Assembly: GCA_964584535.1 (NCBI GenBank)
Contig: CAZPAX010000002.1
Location: 1 to 33,356, forward strand
Length of the DNA: 33,356 nt
Origin: an uncultured Eubacteriales bacterium
GTDB taxonomy: Bacteria; Acidobacteriota; Aminicenantia; Aminicenantales; CAZPAX01
Direction of reading: 5' to 3'
Shown here: piece after piece, positions 1 to 8,802 of the stretch
Layout: every line of letters starts with the position of its first letter
Position numbering within the stretch: position 1 is the first letter of the stretch
Program-made: the position numbers and the translations under genes
The notes under the pieces: model-generated
Told to the model about the DNA's origin: nothing
Seen by the model: only the letters and a program-made list of their open reading frames with translations
Database searches by the model: none

Positions 1-41
1 CATAATCATGCTCCTTTCATTCGTCTGGATGGCCTCTATTA

Positions 42-2378
42 TTAATATTTGAGATACTCCTTTGGACTTACTCTAAACCCAGAAGGCATGCGCCAGATAA
101 AGTCAGGATTGATTCGCGGCTCGTCATTCTTATGGGCTTCCATGAGCTCGATCTTACGCTTGACAAGCTCGATAAAATTTTCACCATACATGTTAAATGT
201 TTCGCCAACGCTTGAGATAGGCATGAATGTTGTCTTTGAGTTTTGGGCTAAGGCGAGAAGGTCCTGGCTATTTTGAATCTCATCCTCAGCCATCTCACGG
301 ACCATTTCGAGGAAGCTCTCTTTTTCCGAAGCGTCTTTTGCTTCAAGATAGCCATAAACGCCAGCCACCCAGGCTGCTGTGTTGCGCAGAGTCCGGAAAT
401 AGCAGAGAAGCCCGGCAAGCCTTTCCCTCTGATCAGTAAAAACTTCCTGGGCTTCCTTGTCTTTTGCTGAGGAGGGAGCATTCTTGAGGAGCTGTATGGC
501 TTCATCAAGTCTCTTCCAGATTTCTCTGTCACACTGGGCGACAATCTTCTCAGCCTGCTCTCTTGTGATCAGCGTCCAGAGGGCATCCTTGGCCAGATCA
601 ACCATGGTCGGATTGTTGAAGGTGGCAGTCATGTATTTTTCATAATAGGCACGATCCTCTTCAGGAATTTTTTCAATATCAGGGACGATTGGCCTCACCC
701 AGAGTCTGTACCAGGGGAAGGCCCAGTTGTTATTGCCGTAGAGAGGCACATCTGGAAAAGCGCGGACAGCTTCATCAGTGAGGCGCCAGGCTTTAATGAG
801 GGTTGGAGCGAGCTTCTGGCCAACCCATTTATCTGCAGTTTTCTGAATGAGCACGTCAATATCAGCTGCTCGATCAGTTTGCACAGCTTGGAGCACCTGG
901 TGATTGATGTTATGAGGAGCAAGTGAAGCCGGATCAAGAAGAGCAATTGCCCTATCAAAGCCAGCCTGAATCATAGTTTGCAATTGCTCATGACAAAGCC
1001 AGGGAAAAGGGACTCCCAGGATATAATTTCCTGCCAGTTTTGCCTCACTGAGAAGATAAGATCTTTTCTGAGGCAAGGAACGAAGCTTTTTTGCCCGCTC
1101 AGATTTATCCAGTTCCGATGGGGAAATTTTGAGGTCGATGCGGTCAGATAATCCCTCAAGCAGAATTTTTTCTTCAGCCGTGAAAGAAAAAAGATTGGTG
1201 ATCACCCGGAAGCAAGGATTTATTCCAGAGGCAGTATCGTGGAGGAGGCGGAAGTAGCGAAGGACATTCTCACCTGCAACCCGGGCTATTTCCTCGCTGG
1301 ATTTCCATTCGCGGACAAGATAGGCTCCGCCATTCCGGCCGCAATAGAGGCTTGAGGTATATTCGAAACCAGAGCCGCTATCATTTGTCCAGATAAAGAC
1401 ATAGCCAAGCTCCGGAACCTCAGCCATGATTTTTTTCATCATCTCTGCATAGTGCCAGCGAACAACAGGATGGGCGAGAGTCAAAGTGAAGCGGGGTCTA
1501 TAGCTGCGGAAGGGATGGTCGACGCGGCCGCCCCTGAGAAAAGGATACTTTTCCAAAAGTCCCTCTGGCACTGACCTTGGCGTGCAGATATTGAGCCCTG
1601 GAGTCAGGCCATATTTTATGGCCAGAGCAGCATTTTCCTTGAGAAGCTTGAGGTTAGCCTGGAGATATTCAGGAGAATAGGAGCCTTTATTGAGCTCTGT
1701 CTCGACAAACTGATCAAGGTCAGGGCTTGAGACGTAAAAACGATAATAGATTTCTCCTGGTGGGCCCTGCTCAGCCGCCAGAGGCGAGGCCAGGGCATTG
1801 ACTGCTACATGAGAGCAGCCCAGCCGAGCCAGCTCCTTGATTGTCTTTTCCGGGTCAAAAAGGCTGGCAAACATATTGCGGCTGGCAAAATAGTTATCGT
1901 TCCCTTCAAGCCAGGTAAAAGTTGTTTCCAGAATTTTTCCTTTTTCAAGCTTAGAAATATCCTCGCCCAGCCAATCAGATTTGATTTTGGAGAAGAGCGC
2001 ATAAAGAAGATGAGGCTTTGAGCTGAGGAGGTCGGCCTCTCCGCTTGCTTTTATTATAAAGAACATCCAGTCCTTTGTGGACAAAGACAAGAGGCCAGTC
2101 TTTTCCGGGCCTTGGGCAAAGTCTTCATCAGCTATAGCCACCCGCATAACTCCCTCTTTTTTGATGGAGGATCTGTTTTTTTCTGCAAGGAGCTCAGCTT
2201 GAGGAATCAATTCTTCTTTTAAAGCCTCAGCCACTGTACGGTCAACCATTCTTCCGTAGGCAGGATAGGCAATCACCTTGACATTTCGCAGGGCTTCCTT
2301 GACGGTCAATCCTTTTTTACCAGCCAAGGCAGTCATCACAGGCAGAAGGAGAAATATGAACAGAATTTTCTTGGCCAT
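42..2378 (-). CDS. Secreted protein of unknown function (~778 aa), possibly glycoside-hydrolase-like barrel
   Basis: Track ORF is 42..2534. I place the start at ATG 2378 (MAKKILFIFLLLPVMTALAG, a signal peptide). GGAGG lies 5 nt upstream (2384-2388) and a consensus promoter (2410-2438) sits inside the longer ORF. I recognise no nameable family motif. Confidence 0.8.
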   Translation of the reverse strand: MAKKILFIFLLLPVMTALAGKKGLTVKEALRNVKVIAYPAYGRMVDRTVAEALKEELIPQAELLAEKNRSSIKKEGVMRVAIADEDFAQGPEKTGLLSLSTKDWMFFIIKASGEADLLSSKPHLLYALFSKIKSDWLGEDISKLEKGKILETTFTWLEGNDNYFASRNMFASLFDPEKTIKELARLGCSHVAVNALASPLAAEQGPPGEIYYRFYVSSPDLDQFVETELNKGSYSPEYLQANLKLLKENAALAIKYGLTPGLNICTPRSVPEGLLEKYPFLRGGRVDHPFRSYRPRFTLTLAHPVVRWHYAEMMKKIMAEVPELGYVFIWTNDSGSGFEYTSSLYCGRNGGAYLVREWKSSEEIARVAGENVLRYFRLLHDTASGINPCFRVITNLFSFTAEEKILLEGLSDRIDLKISPSELDKSERAKKLRSLPQKRSYLLSEAKLAGNYILGVPFPWLCHEQLQTMIQAGFDRAIALLDPASLAPHNINHQVLQAVQTDRAADIDVLIQKTADKWVGQKLAPTLIKAWRLTDEAVRAFPDVPLYGNNNWAFPWYRLWVRPIVPDIEKIPEEDRAYYEKYMTATFNNPTMVDLAKDALWTLITREQAEKIVAQCDREIWKRLDEAIQLLKNAPSSAKDKEAQEVFTDQRERLAGLLCYFRTLRNTAAWVAGVYGYLEAKDASEKESFLEMVREMAEDEIQNSQDLLALAQNSKTTFMPISSVGETFNMYGENFIELVKRKIELMEAHKNDEPRINPDFIWRMPSGFRVSPKEYLKY

Positions 2379-2409
2379 GATTTCCTCCTTTTGATAGAAG
2401 ATTTCAAAA

Positions 2410-2438
2410 TCTATAGCACAGGGAAAAGGAGATGTCAA
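2410..2438 (-). promoter_or_regulatory. Sigma-70-type promoter for the 778-aa gene (TTGACA-N17-TATAGA)
   Basis: On the minus strand, TTGACA is at 2438-2433, the spacer is exactly 17 nt, and TATAGA is at 2415-2410. This is about 32 nt upstream of ATG 2378. Confidence 0.55.
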
Positions 2439-2445
2439 AAAGAGC

Positions 2446-3441
2446 TCAGAGGGCAAATTCCATGCCTTCTGAGGCAAGCGAGAAGCCTTTTTCCTCGATT
2501 TCTTTTCTGGCCTCTCCTTCTGGAGCAAGGCCAAGATTGGAGTGATTGAGGTGAGTGAAAAAGATTTTTGGTTTTCCTTTTTTTGCTATGTCTTTTAGAG
2601 TTTCCATACTCTTAGCAATAAAGGGATGTCCGATTTTGGAAAGGTCCCGGCCAGGATACTCCTGGTTGCTGAAAAAGGTTCCATCCAGAAGAGAGATATC
2701 AACTTTTCGGACTTCCTCTTCAATAGACTTTTCCCATACTTCCCAGCTTTGAATATCCGGGATATAAAGAAGTTTCCTTTTCTTTCCAAAAATTTTAAAG
2801 CCGAGAGTATCGGAATATTCATCCCTGTGCGGCACTTTAAAGGGGATGATGGAAACCTGGGATGTTAGAGAGAATTTTTTGTCATAGGGCAGGACAATAA
2901 GCGCTATATTTTCCAGTTTCACAAGCTGATTCCAGGGGCCATTATTGGCCAGGAAATCAGCCATGCGGGAAGAACAATAGACTGGAAGTTTCTCCGTAGA
3001 TATGGCTTCATAGCCAAAAAATATCAGGCCTGTGTAATGCCCAATATGAGCATGAGTGAGAAAAACACCATGAGGGACATCTTTTAAGTCAGATTTTTCT
3101 GGAAAAAGCCTTGCTCTGGCCATATCCATTTGAATGGAGATGTGGGGTGTGGCATCGACAAGTAAATATTTTTTTTCTTTAGAATCGAGGATGGCTAGGG
3201 AAGAAATGAGACGAGAAAATCGAGGATCTTTTCTCGCCCGGAGACAATTATTGCAGTAGCACCCTATCTGAGGAATTCCTCCATCCTGAGCAGTTCCCAA
3301 TACTTTAACAAGGACATCAGATGTTTCTTTCTGCAGGATTACCTTGTTCTCCGGAAGGTATCTGGGTTTATGGAAAGCAAAGAAATGTTTGAGACTGAAG
3401 AGGCTGGCAAAGAAAGTCTGGAAAAAATTTCTTCTCTCCAT
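2446..3441 (-). CDS. Metallo-beta-lactamase-fold protein of the PhnP/PqqB type with a Tat-like signal
   Basis: N-terminus MERRNFFQTFFASLF carries a twin-arginine RRxFF motif. GCYCNNC matches the CxCxxC structural-zinc motif of PhnP/PqqB-type MBLs. The metal motif is THAHIGHYTGL, i.e. HxHxGH rather than the canonical HxHxDH. Confidence 0.75.
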   Translation of the reverse strand: MERRNFFQTFFASLFSLKHFFAFHKPRYLPENKVILQKETSDVLVKVLGTAQDGGIPQIGCYCNNCLRARKDPRFSRLISSLAILDSKEKKYLLVDATPHISIQMDMARARLFPEKSDLKDVPHGVFLTHAHIGHYTGLIFFGYEAISTEKLPVYCSSRMADFLANNGPWNQLVKLENIALIVLPYDKKFSLTSQVSIIPFKVPHRDEYSDTLGFKIFGKKRKLLYIPDIQSWEVWEKSIEEEVRKVDISLLDGTFFSNQEYPGRDLSKIGHPFIAKSMETLKDIAKKGKPKIFFTHLNHSNLGLAPEGEARKEIEEKGFSLASEGMEFAL

Positions 3442-3481
3442 ATCTTCTTAGGCACAAACAATTGTTCGAAGAGCCTTTCGC

Positions 3482-4213
3482 TCAATTTACCACTTTTCCT
3501 GAAATAATCAAAATTACACCTTTATCTCCGCCATCCATTTTGGAAACTCCGACAACAGTTTTTTCTCCTGATTTCAGGCTGAGATGGCTGGTGAGGAGGT
3601 TGACTTTAAATCGGCCTGGAGTGGAAACTTCAGCTTGAGCTGTCTCTTGTTTCACTATTTGTCTGAGATCCACAGCCATCTGGATGATTTCCTCTTTCTC
3701 TTCTTTAGCGTATTTGGGGAAGATTCGTAGTTCGAAGTCAGCCTTTTTGCCAAGGACAAGCTCAGAGAGTTCTTTGTCAATGCCCCGGACCAAAACTGTG
3801 TCCAGTAAATTATAATTCTTGTATCTAAGGAGAGTTCTCAATTCTTTGATGATCGGATCGTTTTTCAGGGCTTCATCTGTTTTTTCTTCGCCATTTTCGG
3901 AGCCGAGCACAAGCTCAACAGTAAAGAGAAAGTTCGCAGGCTTGACATCTATTTCTTTGATGGCAGCCAGGATTTTCTCCATATTCTCAGGATAATCGCT
4001 GATTGTAATAAACTTTTCATCCTGAGGACTCGTACTGATACGACCTTCCTTGCTCAGAAATGTGTAGATTAAGCTTTGGACAGAGAGAGCTTTGACATAG
4101 TTGAGCTTGACAATCTCTTTTCTTATTTGAGGCTTTGTTTCCTCGGAGAAGGCGAGGTTGATGGAAATTAAAAAGAAAGCAAGAGCGAAAATAGTCAAAA
4201 AGAATTTTTTCAT
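3482..4213 (-). CDS. Periplasmic secretin-N (NolW-like) domain protein, a truncated secretin-like protein
   Basis: Signal peptide MKKFFLTIFALAFFLISINLAFS. LNYVKALSVQSLIYTFLSKEGRISTSPQDEKFITISDYPENMEKILAAIKEIDVKP resembles the short N-domain of GspD/PilQ secretins, followed by FTVELVLG. At 243 aa there is no room for a secretin beta-barrel. Its ATG overlaps the upstream stop as ATGA (4210-4213). Confidence 0.6.
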   Translation of the reverse strand: MKKFFLTIFALAFFLISINLAFSEETKPQIRKEIVKLNYVKALSVQSLIYTFLSKEGRISTSPQDEKFITISDYPENMEKILAAIKEIDVKPANFLFTVELVLGSENGEEKTDEALKNDPIIKELRTLLRYKNYNLLDTVLVRGIDKELSELVLGKKADFELRIFPKYAKEEKEEIIQMAVDLRQIVKQETAQAEVSTPGRFKVNLLTSHLSLKSGEKTVVGVSKMDGGDKGVILIISGKVVN

Positions 4214-4842
4214 TTTTCATTCTCCTTCCATTCGAAATTTTTATTAAAAACCCAGACAACTCTGAGTCCTGTTTCTTGAGAGACAAAAGTCACTGATAAA
4301 CTCTCCTGGCTTTCTGCTTTTTTGGGCTGAGAGGCAGCCTGCACTTTATGAGTAGGAGAAATTAAGGGCTTTTGAGCCTTGGCCATAACTTGGAGCTCGG
4401 TCGACTCCTCTTTTTCTTCCCCGGGAATAGTGAGAAGAGGCTCTCTATTTTGGACAAGGATTTCCTCCGGCCAAGGCGCTATACTTTTTTGCTTAATGAT
4501 TATGGTTCGAAAAAGAAACACGAACAATACTGAAAGTATAATGAATGCGAAACCATAAGCAGCTGCCAGTTTCGGTAAAAATCTCAAAGGGAAAGCTTTT
4601 CTCTCAATTTTCTGGGAGATAATCTGTCTTATCAAAGTCTGCCATTCAGCCTGGTCCCAATCCATGGCTTTCTCTTCTTGGACAAGGGTCTTCAACTTGG
4701 CCATAGCCAATTCAAGTTCTCTGAATTCTTTCTGGCAACTCGAGCACCTTCCGATATGGCTCTTCAAGCGTTCTTCTTTTTTCCCGGAAAGCTCCTTTCC
4801 GAGCAAAAGGGGAATTTTCTTTTTTGCTTTCTTGCAGTTCAT
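4210..4842 (-). CDS. Anti-sigma factor (zf-HC2, single transmembrane helix)
   Basis: Start set at MNCKKAKKK (ATG 4842), which overlaps the sigma-factor stop as ATGA (4839-4842). HIGRCSSC fits the H-x3-C-x2-C motif. The TM helix is LAAAYGFAFIILSVLFVFLF. The longer track ORF (to 5034) overlaps the sigma gene out of frame. Confidence 0.8.
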   Translation of the reverse strand: MNCKKAKKKIPLLLGKELSGKKEERLKSHIGRCSSCQKEFRELELAMAKLKTLVQEEKAMDWDQAEWQTLIRQIISQKIERKAFPLRFLPKLAAAYGFAFIILSVLFVFLFRTIIIKQKSIAPWPEEILVQNREPLLTIPGEEKEESTELQVMAKAQKPLISPTHKVQAASQPKKAESQESLSVTFVSQETGLRVVWVFNKNFEWKENEK

Positions 4843-5396
4843 CGCTTTTCCTCCCAGAGGTAAGGAAATTTTTCTTTTATTCTCTCTTTGATCTTTTTCC
4901 GGGCCGCAGAAAGATGGACCCGAACAGAAATGGATGAACAGCCAAGAATTTTTGCACTTTCCTCGACGCCGCAGTTTTCGATATCTCTGAGAAGAAAGAC
5001 TTCTCTTTCCCGACTGCTTAATATGTCCAGGCATTCCAAGAGCTGGGTCTTGAGTTGCTTCTGAATGTAATTTTGCTGCGGGCTGAGTTGTTCCGCGGTC
5101 TGGCTCAAGGAGTAAAAATTTTGGATCCTCTCCTTTTTCTGGCTGAAGCGCCTGGCCACATTAACCAGGATTTGGAAAAGCCAGTTCTTGAAGCTTCTCT
5201 TCGGGTCATATCTTTTCAGATATTTAAAGGCCCTCATCAAGGTTTCCTGTGAGATTTCTTTGGCGTCTTCCAAGTTTCCACTCATCCTGTAGGCAAAGCT
5301 GAGGAGAATTCTTCGATAGGGACTGACAAGGGGCTCAAAAGCATCAAGGTTTCCTTCCAGGACCATCTCCACCAGGTCTTTCTCTTTTTCAGACAT
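4839..5396 (-). CDS. ECF-type RNA polymerase sigma-70 family factor
   Basis: Region 2 (PYRRILLSFAYRMSGNLEDAKEISQETLMRAFKYL...FKNWLFQILVNVARR) and region 4 (LSSREREVFLLRDIENCGVEESAKILGCSSISVRVHLSAARKKI) are recognisable. I prefer ATG 5396 (MSEKEK) to the track's TTG at 5405. Confidence 0.85.
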   Translation of the reverse strand: MSEKEKDLVEMVLEGNLDAFEPLVSPYRRILLSFAYRMSGNLEDAKEISQETLMRAFKYLKRYDPKRSFKNWLFQILVNVARRFSQKKERIQNFYSLSQTAEQLSPQQNYIQKQLKTQLLECLDILSSREREVFLLRDIENCGVEESAKILGCSSISVRVHLSAARKKIKERIKEKFPYLWEEKR

Positions 5397-5498
5397 TTCA
5401 CACAAGAATATATCTTGACTGGCAAAGAAATGTTAAGGCAGAAGCGCTGGTTTCTATGCACTTAAAAAAGGGTTTGGTTACTATGCTGACTCAGAAGG

Positions 5499-5756
5499 CT
5501 ATTTATATATTCCCTCTCTTGGTCCAAAAGAGAAAAAAATGAGGGCTTCTCTTTCTTTCTTATAAATCACTCTTCTTGTCTGTCCTTGGACTGTATAGCC
5601 AAACGACCTCAGCTCCTTGAATTCCCCCTTTAGCTTTTTCCCTGCTTCTGGATTATCTATAATTTTTAAAATGGCCTCCTTCAATGCCTCTTTTTCAAGA
5701 TTGCTTTTAATCTTTTTTCTTAATTTTCTGAATTTAGATGTTTCAACCAGCCTCAT
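5499..5756 (-). CDS. RelE/ParE-superfamily type II toxin
   Basis: 85 aa and basic, ending in RRVIYKKEREALIFFSFGPREGIYK, a tail typical of RelE/ParE-like toxins. Its ATG directly abuts the stop of the upstream small RHH gene (TAGATG at 5754-5759). Confidence 0.7.
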   Translation of the reverse strand: MRLVETSKFRKLRKKIKSNLEKEALKEAILKIIDNPEAGKKLKGEFKELRSFGYTVQGQTRRVIYKKEREALIFFSFGPREGIYK

Positions 5757-5984
5757 CTATAAATCCTCGAGCTCCAGTTCCGAAACATTGCCCATTCTAT
5801 GATCCACCATGGCATCAATGATATCCTTTATTTCCTGGACAGTCAGCTCAGGATTTTCGACCGCCAGAAGACCGATTCGCAAGGCATATCTTAGCGCACT
5901 CGAGAAGTCACGCTGTTCTTTTTGAGCGAAAATGTCTATGTCCCTTAACAATTCTTCTTCGATAGCTACTGTTTTTCTTACCAT
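5757..5984 (-). CDS. Ribbon-helix-helix (CopG-like) antitoxin
   Basis: Start at MVRKTVAIEEELLRDIDIFAQ (ATG 5984), with GGAGG at 5990-5994. The N-terminal beta-strand plus two helices fits the RHH pattern. The track's longer start (6029) falls inside the promoter. Confidence 0.65.
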   Translation of the reverse strand: MVRKTVAIEEELLRDIDIFAQKEQRDFSSALRYALRIGLLAVENPELTVQEIKDIIDAMVDHRMGNVSELELEDL

Positions 5985-6000
5985 TCTTACCTCCGCATAT

Positions 6001-6037
6001 ATAGTATGAATATTTCTTATAATTGTCAACTAATTGT
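6001..6037 (-). promoter_or_regulatory. Toxin-antitoxin promoter (TTGACA-N17-TACTAT) with phased ACAATTA direct repeats, a putative operator
   Basis: On the minus strand, TTGACA is at 6029-6024, the spacer is 17 nt, and TACTAT is at 6006-6001. ACAATTA occurs twice with 11-bp spacing (plus-strand TAATTGT at 6020-6026 and 6031-6037), overlapping the -35 box. Confidence 0.5.
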
Positions 6038-6082
6038 TAATAATTTTAGTCTTGCTGTCTAGAAGAGAAGAAAGAATTGCAC

Positions 6083-6111
6083 TTGACACCACAATTTTTC
6101 GAACATATAAG
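6083..6111 (+). promoter_or_regulatory. Sigma-70-type promoter for the GH3 gene (TTGACA-N17-TATAAG)
   Basis: TTGACA at 6083-6088, a 17-nt spacer, and TATAAG at 6106-6111. AAGGAG is at 6127-6132 and the ATG at 6148. Confidence 0.55.
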
Positions 6112-6147
6112 AAAAGTGAAATAGGAAAGGAGAATAATAAAGCAAAA

Positions 6148-8802
6148 ATGAAAAAATCAATTATTTTTTCTATAACACTATTTTTGATTTCAGCATTCAG
6201 TTTTCTAGCTATCTCTGTTCCTCAGGCTATTAGGGAGAAGCTCCCTTATCTCGATCCATCTTTGTCCATTGAAGAAAGGATCAAAGACTTGCTCAGCCGA
6301 ATGACAATCGAAGAAAAGATCGCCCAGCTCCAGTGCGAAATCAGGGAGGTTGAGGGGAGAAATATCATTGAAGGTAAAGGAGTTGGTGGACTGGGTGTCA
6401 TTCTCAGGCCTCTTGGTCCAGCCGAGGGAGCAGAAAAAGCAAATAGAATCCAGAAAATTGCTGAGACACAGACCCAGCTTGGAATTCCGATTATCATCCA
6501 TGATGAAGCTCTTCATGGCATTTGCGCCAAGGGAGGGACAAGCTTCCCTCAGGCTATCGGCCTGGCAGCCACCTGGAATCCTGAGCTCGTGGGGAGAGTT
6601 GCCTCGGTCATCGGCAAAGAGACTCGTTCAAGAGGCATTCACCAGGTTCTCTCTCCTGTGATCAATATCGCCAGGGATGTGAGATGGGGGAGAGTTGAGG
6701 AAACATATGGTGAAGACCCCTATCTTACTTCGCGCATTGGAGTTGCTTTCTGCAAGGGGATTGAAAAGGAGGGTGTCATTTCCACTCCAAAGCACTATGC
6801 AGCAAACGTGGGTGATGGTGGACGGGATAGCAATGCTATCCATTTTTCAGAAAGGCTGTTGCGGGAGATTTATTTTCCTGCCTTCAAAGCCTGCTTCCAA
6901 GAAGCTCAGGCTGGCTCTGTCATGGCCGCCTACAACTCATTGGATGGGTTGCCCTGTTCGGCAAATAGATGGCTGTTGACTGATATTCTCAGGGATGAAT
7001 GGGGATTCAGAGGATTTGTCGTCTCTGATTATGGTTCTGTCAACGGCATCTGGAGCAAGCATTCAACGGCTGCGACAAAAAAGGATGCGGCCAAACAGGC
7101 GATTGAAGCTGGCCTTGATGTCGAATTGCCAAGTGCCGATATCTATGGAGAGCCTCTGCTTCAAGCTTTTAATGAGGGTCTTGTTTCTGAAGCAACGATT
7201 GATAAAGCAGTCTGGCGGGTCTTAGAGGCGAAATTCCGTCTGGGCTTATTTGAAAATCACTATGTTGATCCCCAGCTTGCTTCCAGTCTGAATGATACCA
7301 AGGAGCACCGGGAGCTTGCTCTCCAAGCTGGCAGAGAAGCCATTGTTTTGTTGAAGAATGAAAACAATCTATTGCCTCTAGCTAAAAACATAAAAGCTAT
7401 TGCCGTTATTGGTCCCAATGCAGATTCGGTCCGGCTTGGAGGTTATAGTGGCTCTGGCATGAAAGTTGTGACAACCTTGGAAGGAATCAAAAACAAAGTT
7501 TCCCCTGCGACAAAGGTTTATTATGCCAAGGGATGTGAGCTTGAGGCAGCCCCTCTTCCCGCTATTCCTACAGAAAATTTGATTCCAGCTGGTATCGAAG
7601 AAGGAAGCCAGGGGCTTAAGGCCGAGTATTTCAACAACATGGATTTATCTGGCGAGCCAGACCTTGTCCGGATCGATAAACAGGTCAATTTCGATTGGGG
7701 CTCAGACTCGCCTGACCCCAAGATCAAAGCTGACCAGTTCTCTGTACGCTGGACAGGAAAGCTTGTTCCCAAAAGTTCCAATGTCTATAGTTTGTGCCTC
7801 ACAACTGACGATGGCCTCCGCTTTTATCTGGATGGCAAACTCCTTGTTGACAAATGGTCTGACCGGGCTCCCACCTCAGACTATGTGAATGTGACACTCG
7901 AGGCAGGTCGGAGCTATGACCTCCGCATCGATTATTACGAGAATGGCGGCGGCGCTTTTGCCAGCCTCGGCTGGGACCTCAAGCCAAGCATTGACGTCGC
8001 TATTCAGGAAGCAATAGAAGTTGCCAAGAAATCTTCAGTCGCTTTGATTGTCGCAGGTGTTGTTGAAGGTGAGGGAAGGGATCGCTCTAGGCTTGACCTT
8101 CCCCATCCTCAGGAAGATTTGATTAAGGCAATTTCTGAGACAGGAGTGCCGACAGTCGTCATCTTGATCAATGGCAGCGCTGTGACCATGGCTAGCTGGA
8201 TCGGCGGGGTTCAGGCCATTATTGAGGCCTGGTATCCAGGAGAAGAAGGAGGAAATGCGATTGCTGATGTTCTCTTTGGCGATTACAACCCTTCTGGAAG
8301 ATTGCCAATCACCTTTCCTCAGTCTGTGGGACAGGTTCCTCTTTATTCCAATTACAAACCTACTGGCCGGGGATATGACTATGTGGAGGCGAGTGGAAAG
8401 CCGCTGTTTGCCTTTGGCTATGGGCTTAGCTACACAAGATTTGAATATAGCAACCTTCAGGTCTCCCCTCAGAAAATTGGTCCTTCAGAGGAAATAACAG
8501 TCAGTGTTGATATCCAGAATGTTGGGGAGCGGAGAGGAGATGAGGTTGTCCAGCTCTATTTGAGAGACGTGGTCTCCAGTTTCATTCGACCACTTAAAGA
8601 ACTACGAGGGTTCCAGAGAATCAGTCTTGAGCCGAATGAGAAAAAGACAGTCACCTTTATCCTTAAACCTGAAGATTTCTCTTTTCTCGACCTTCACTTG
8701 AAGAGTATTATTGAGCCTGGGGTCTTTGAAATCATGGCCGGAGCCTCATCAGAGGATATCCAATTAAAATCAAGCTTTGAAGTTTTGTCTTTAAAAAATT
8801 GA
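6148..8802 (+). CDS. Glycoside hydrolase family 3 beta-glucosidase with inserted PA14 domain and C-terminal Fn3-like domain
   Basis: Start at MKKSIIFSITLFLISAFSFLA (signal peptide). GH3 hallmarks are KHYAANVGDGGRD and GFRGFVVSDYGS (nucleophile Asp). The PA14 block is GLKAEYFNNMDLSGEP...FSVRWTGKL...YENGGGAFASLGW. The C-terminal beta-sandwich includes VDIQNVGERRGDEVVQLYL. Confidence 0.9.
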   Translation: MKKSIIFSITLFLISAFSFLAISVPQAIREKLPYLDPSLSIEERIKDLLSRMTIEEKIAQLQCEIREVEGRNIIEGKGVGGLGVILRPLGPAEGAEKANRIQKIAETQTQLGIPIIIHDEALHGICAKGGTSFPQAIGLAATWNPELVGRVASVIGKETRSRGIHQVLSPVINIARDVRWGRVEETYGEDPYLTSRIGVAFCKGIEKEGVISTPKHYAANVGDGGRDSNAIHFSERLLREIYFPAFKACFQEAQAGSVMAAYNSLDGLPCSANRWLLTDILRDEWGFRGFVVSDYGSVNGIWSKHSTAATKKDAAKQAIEAGLDVELPSADIYGEPLLQAFNEGLVSEATIDKAVWRVLEAKFRLGLFENHYVDPQLASSLNDTKEHRELALQAGREAIVLLKNENNLLPLAKNIKAIAVIGPNADSVRLGGYSGSGMKVVTTLEGIKNKVSPATKVYYAKGCELEAAPLPAIPTENLIPAGIEEGSQGLKAEYFNNMDLSGEPDLVRIDKQVNFDWGSDSPDPKIKADQFSVRWTGKLVPKSSNVYSLCLTTDDGLRFYLDGKLLVDKWSDRAPTSDYVNVTLEAGRSYDLRIDYYENGGGAFASLGWDLKPSIDVAIQEAIEVAKKSSVALIVAGVVEGEGRDRSRLDLPHPQEDLIKAISETGVPTVVILINGSAVTMASWIGGVQAIIEAWYPGEEGGNAIADVLFGDYNPSGRLPITFPQSVGQVPLYSNYKPTGRGYDYVEASGKPLFAFGYGLSYTRFEYSNLQVSPQKIGPSEEITVSVDIQNVGERRGDEVVQLYLRDVVSSFIRPLKELRGFQRISLEPNEKKTVTFILKPEDFSFLDLHLKSIIEPGVFEIMAGASSEDIQLKSSFEVLSLKN

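Noticed and set aside
1-20. Minus-strand AAGGAG (16-11) followed 7 nt later by ATG (3-1), suggesting another gene starts at the extreme left edge
   Set aside because: Only the start codon lies inside the window, so nothing can be annotated or verified.
1566-1581. TGGCACTGACCTTGGC, a near sigma-54 -24/-12 match on the plus strand
   Set aside because: It lies inside the minus-strand 778-aa coding region with no plus-strand gene downstream. The -12 element reads GG rather than GC.
2379-2534. N-terminal extensions proposed by the ORF track: 2379-2534, 4843-5034, 5985-6029, 6034-6147, 14510-14563, 27401-27454, 30560-30571, 5397-5405
   Set aside because: In each case an internal ATG is preceded by a GGAGG-type SD and begins a signal peptide or conserved N-terminus, except at 5397-5405, where ATG 5396 has no SD and is simply preferred over the track's TTG. 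The extensions overlap the upstream gene or a consensus promoter.
5406-5498. ECF-type autoregulatory promoter (GAAC-N16-CGT-like) upstream of the sigma gene
   Set aside because: I found only GAAACC...CATTTC and a sigma-70-like TTAACA-N18-TATATT. Neither is convincing enough to annotate.
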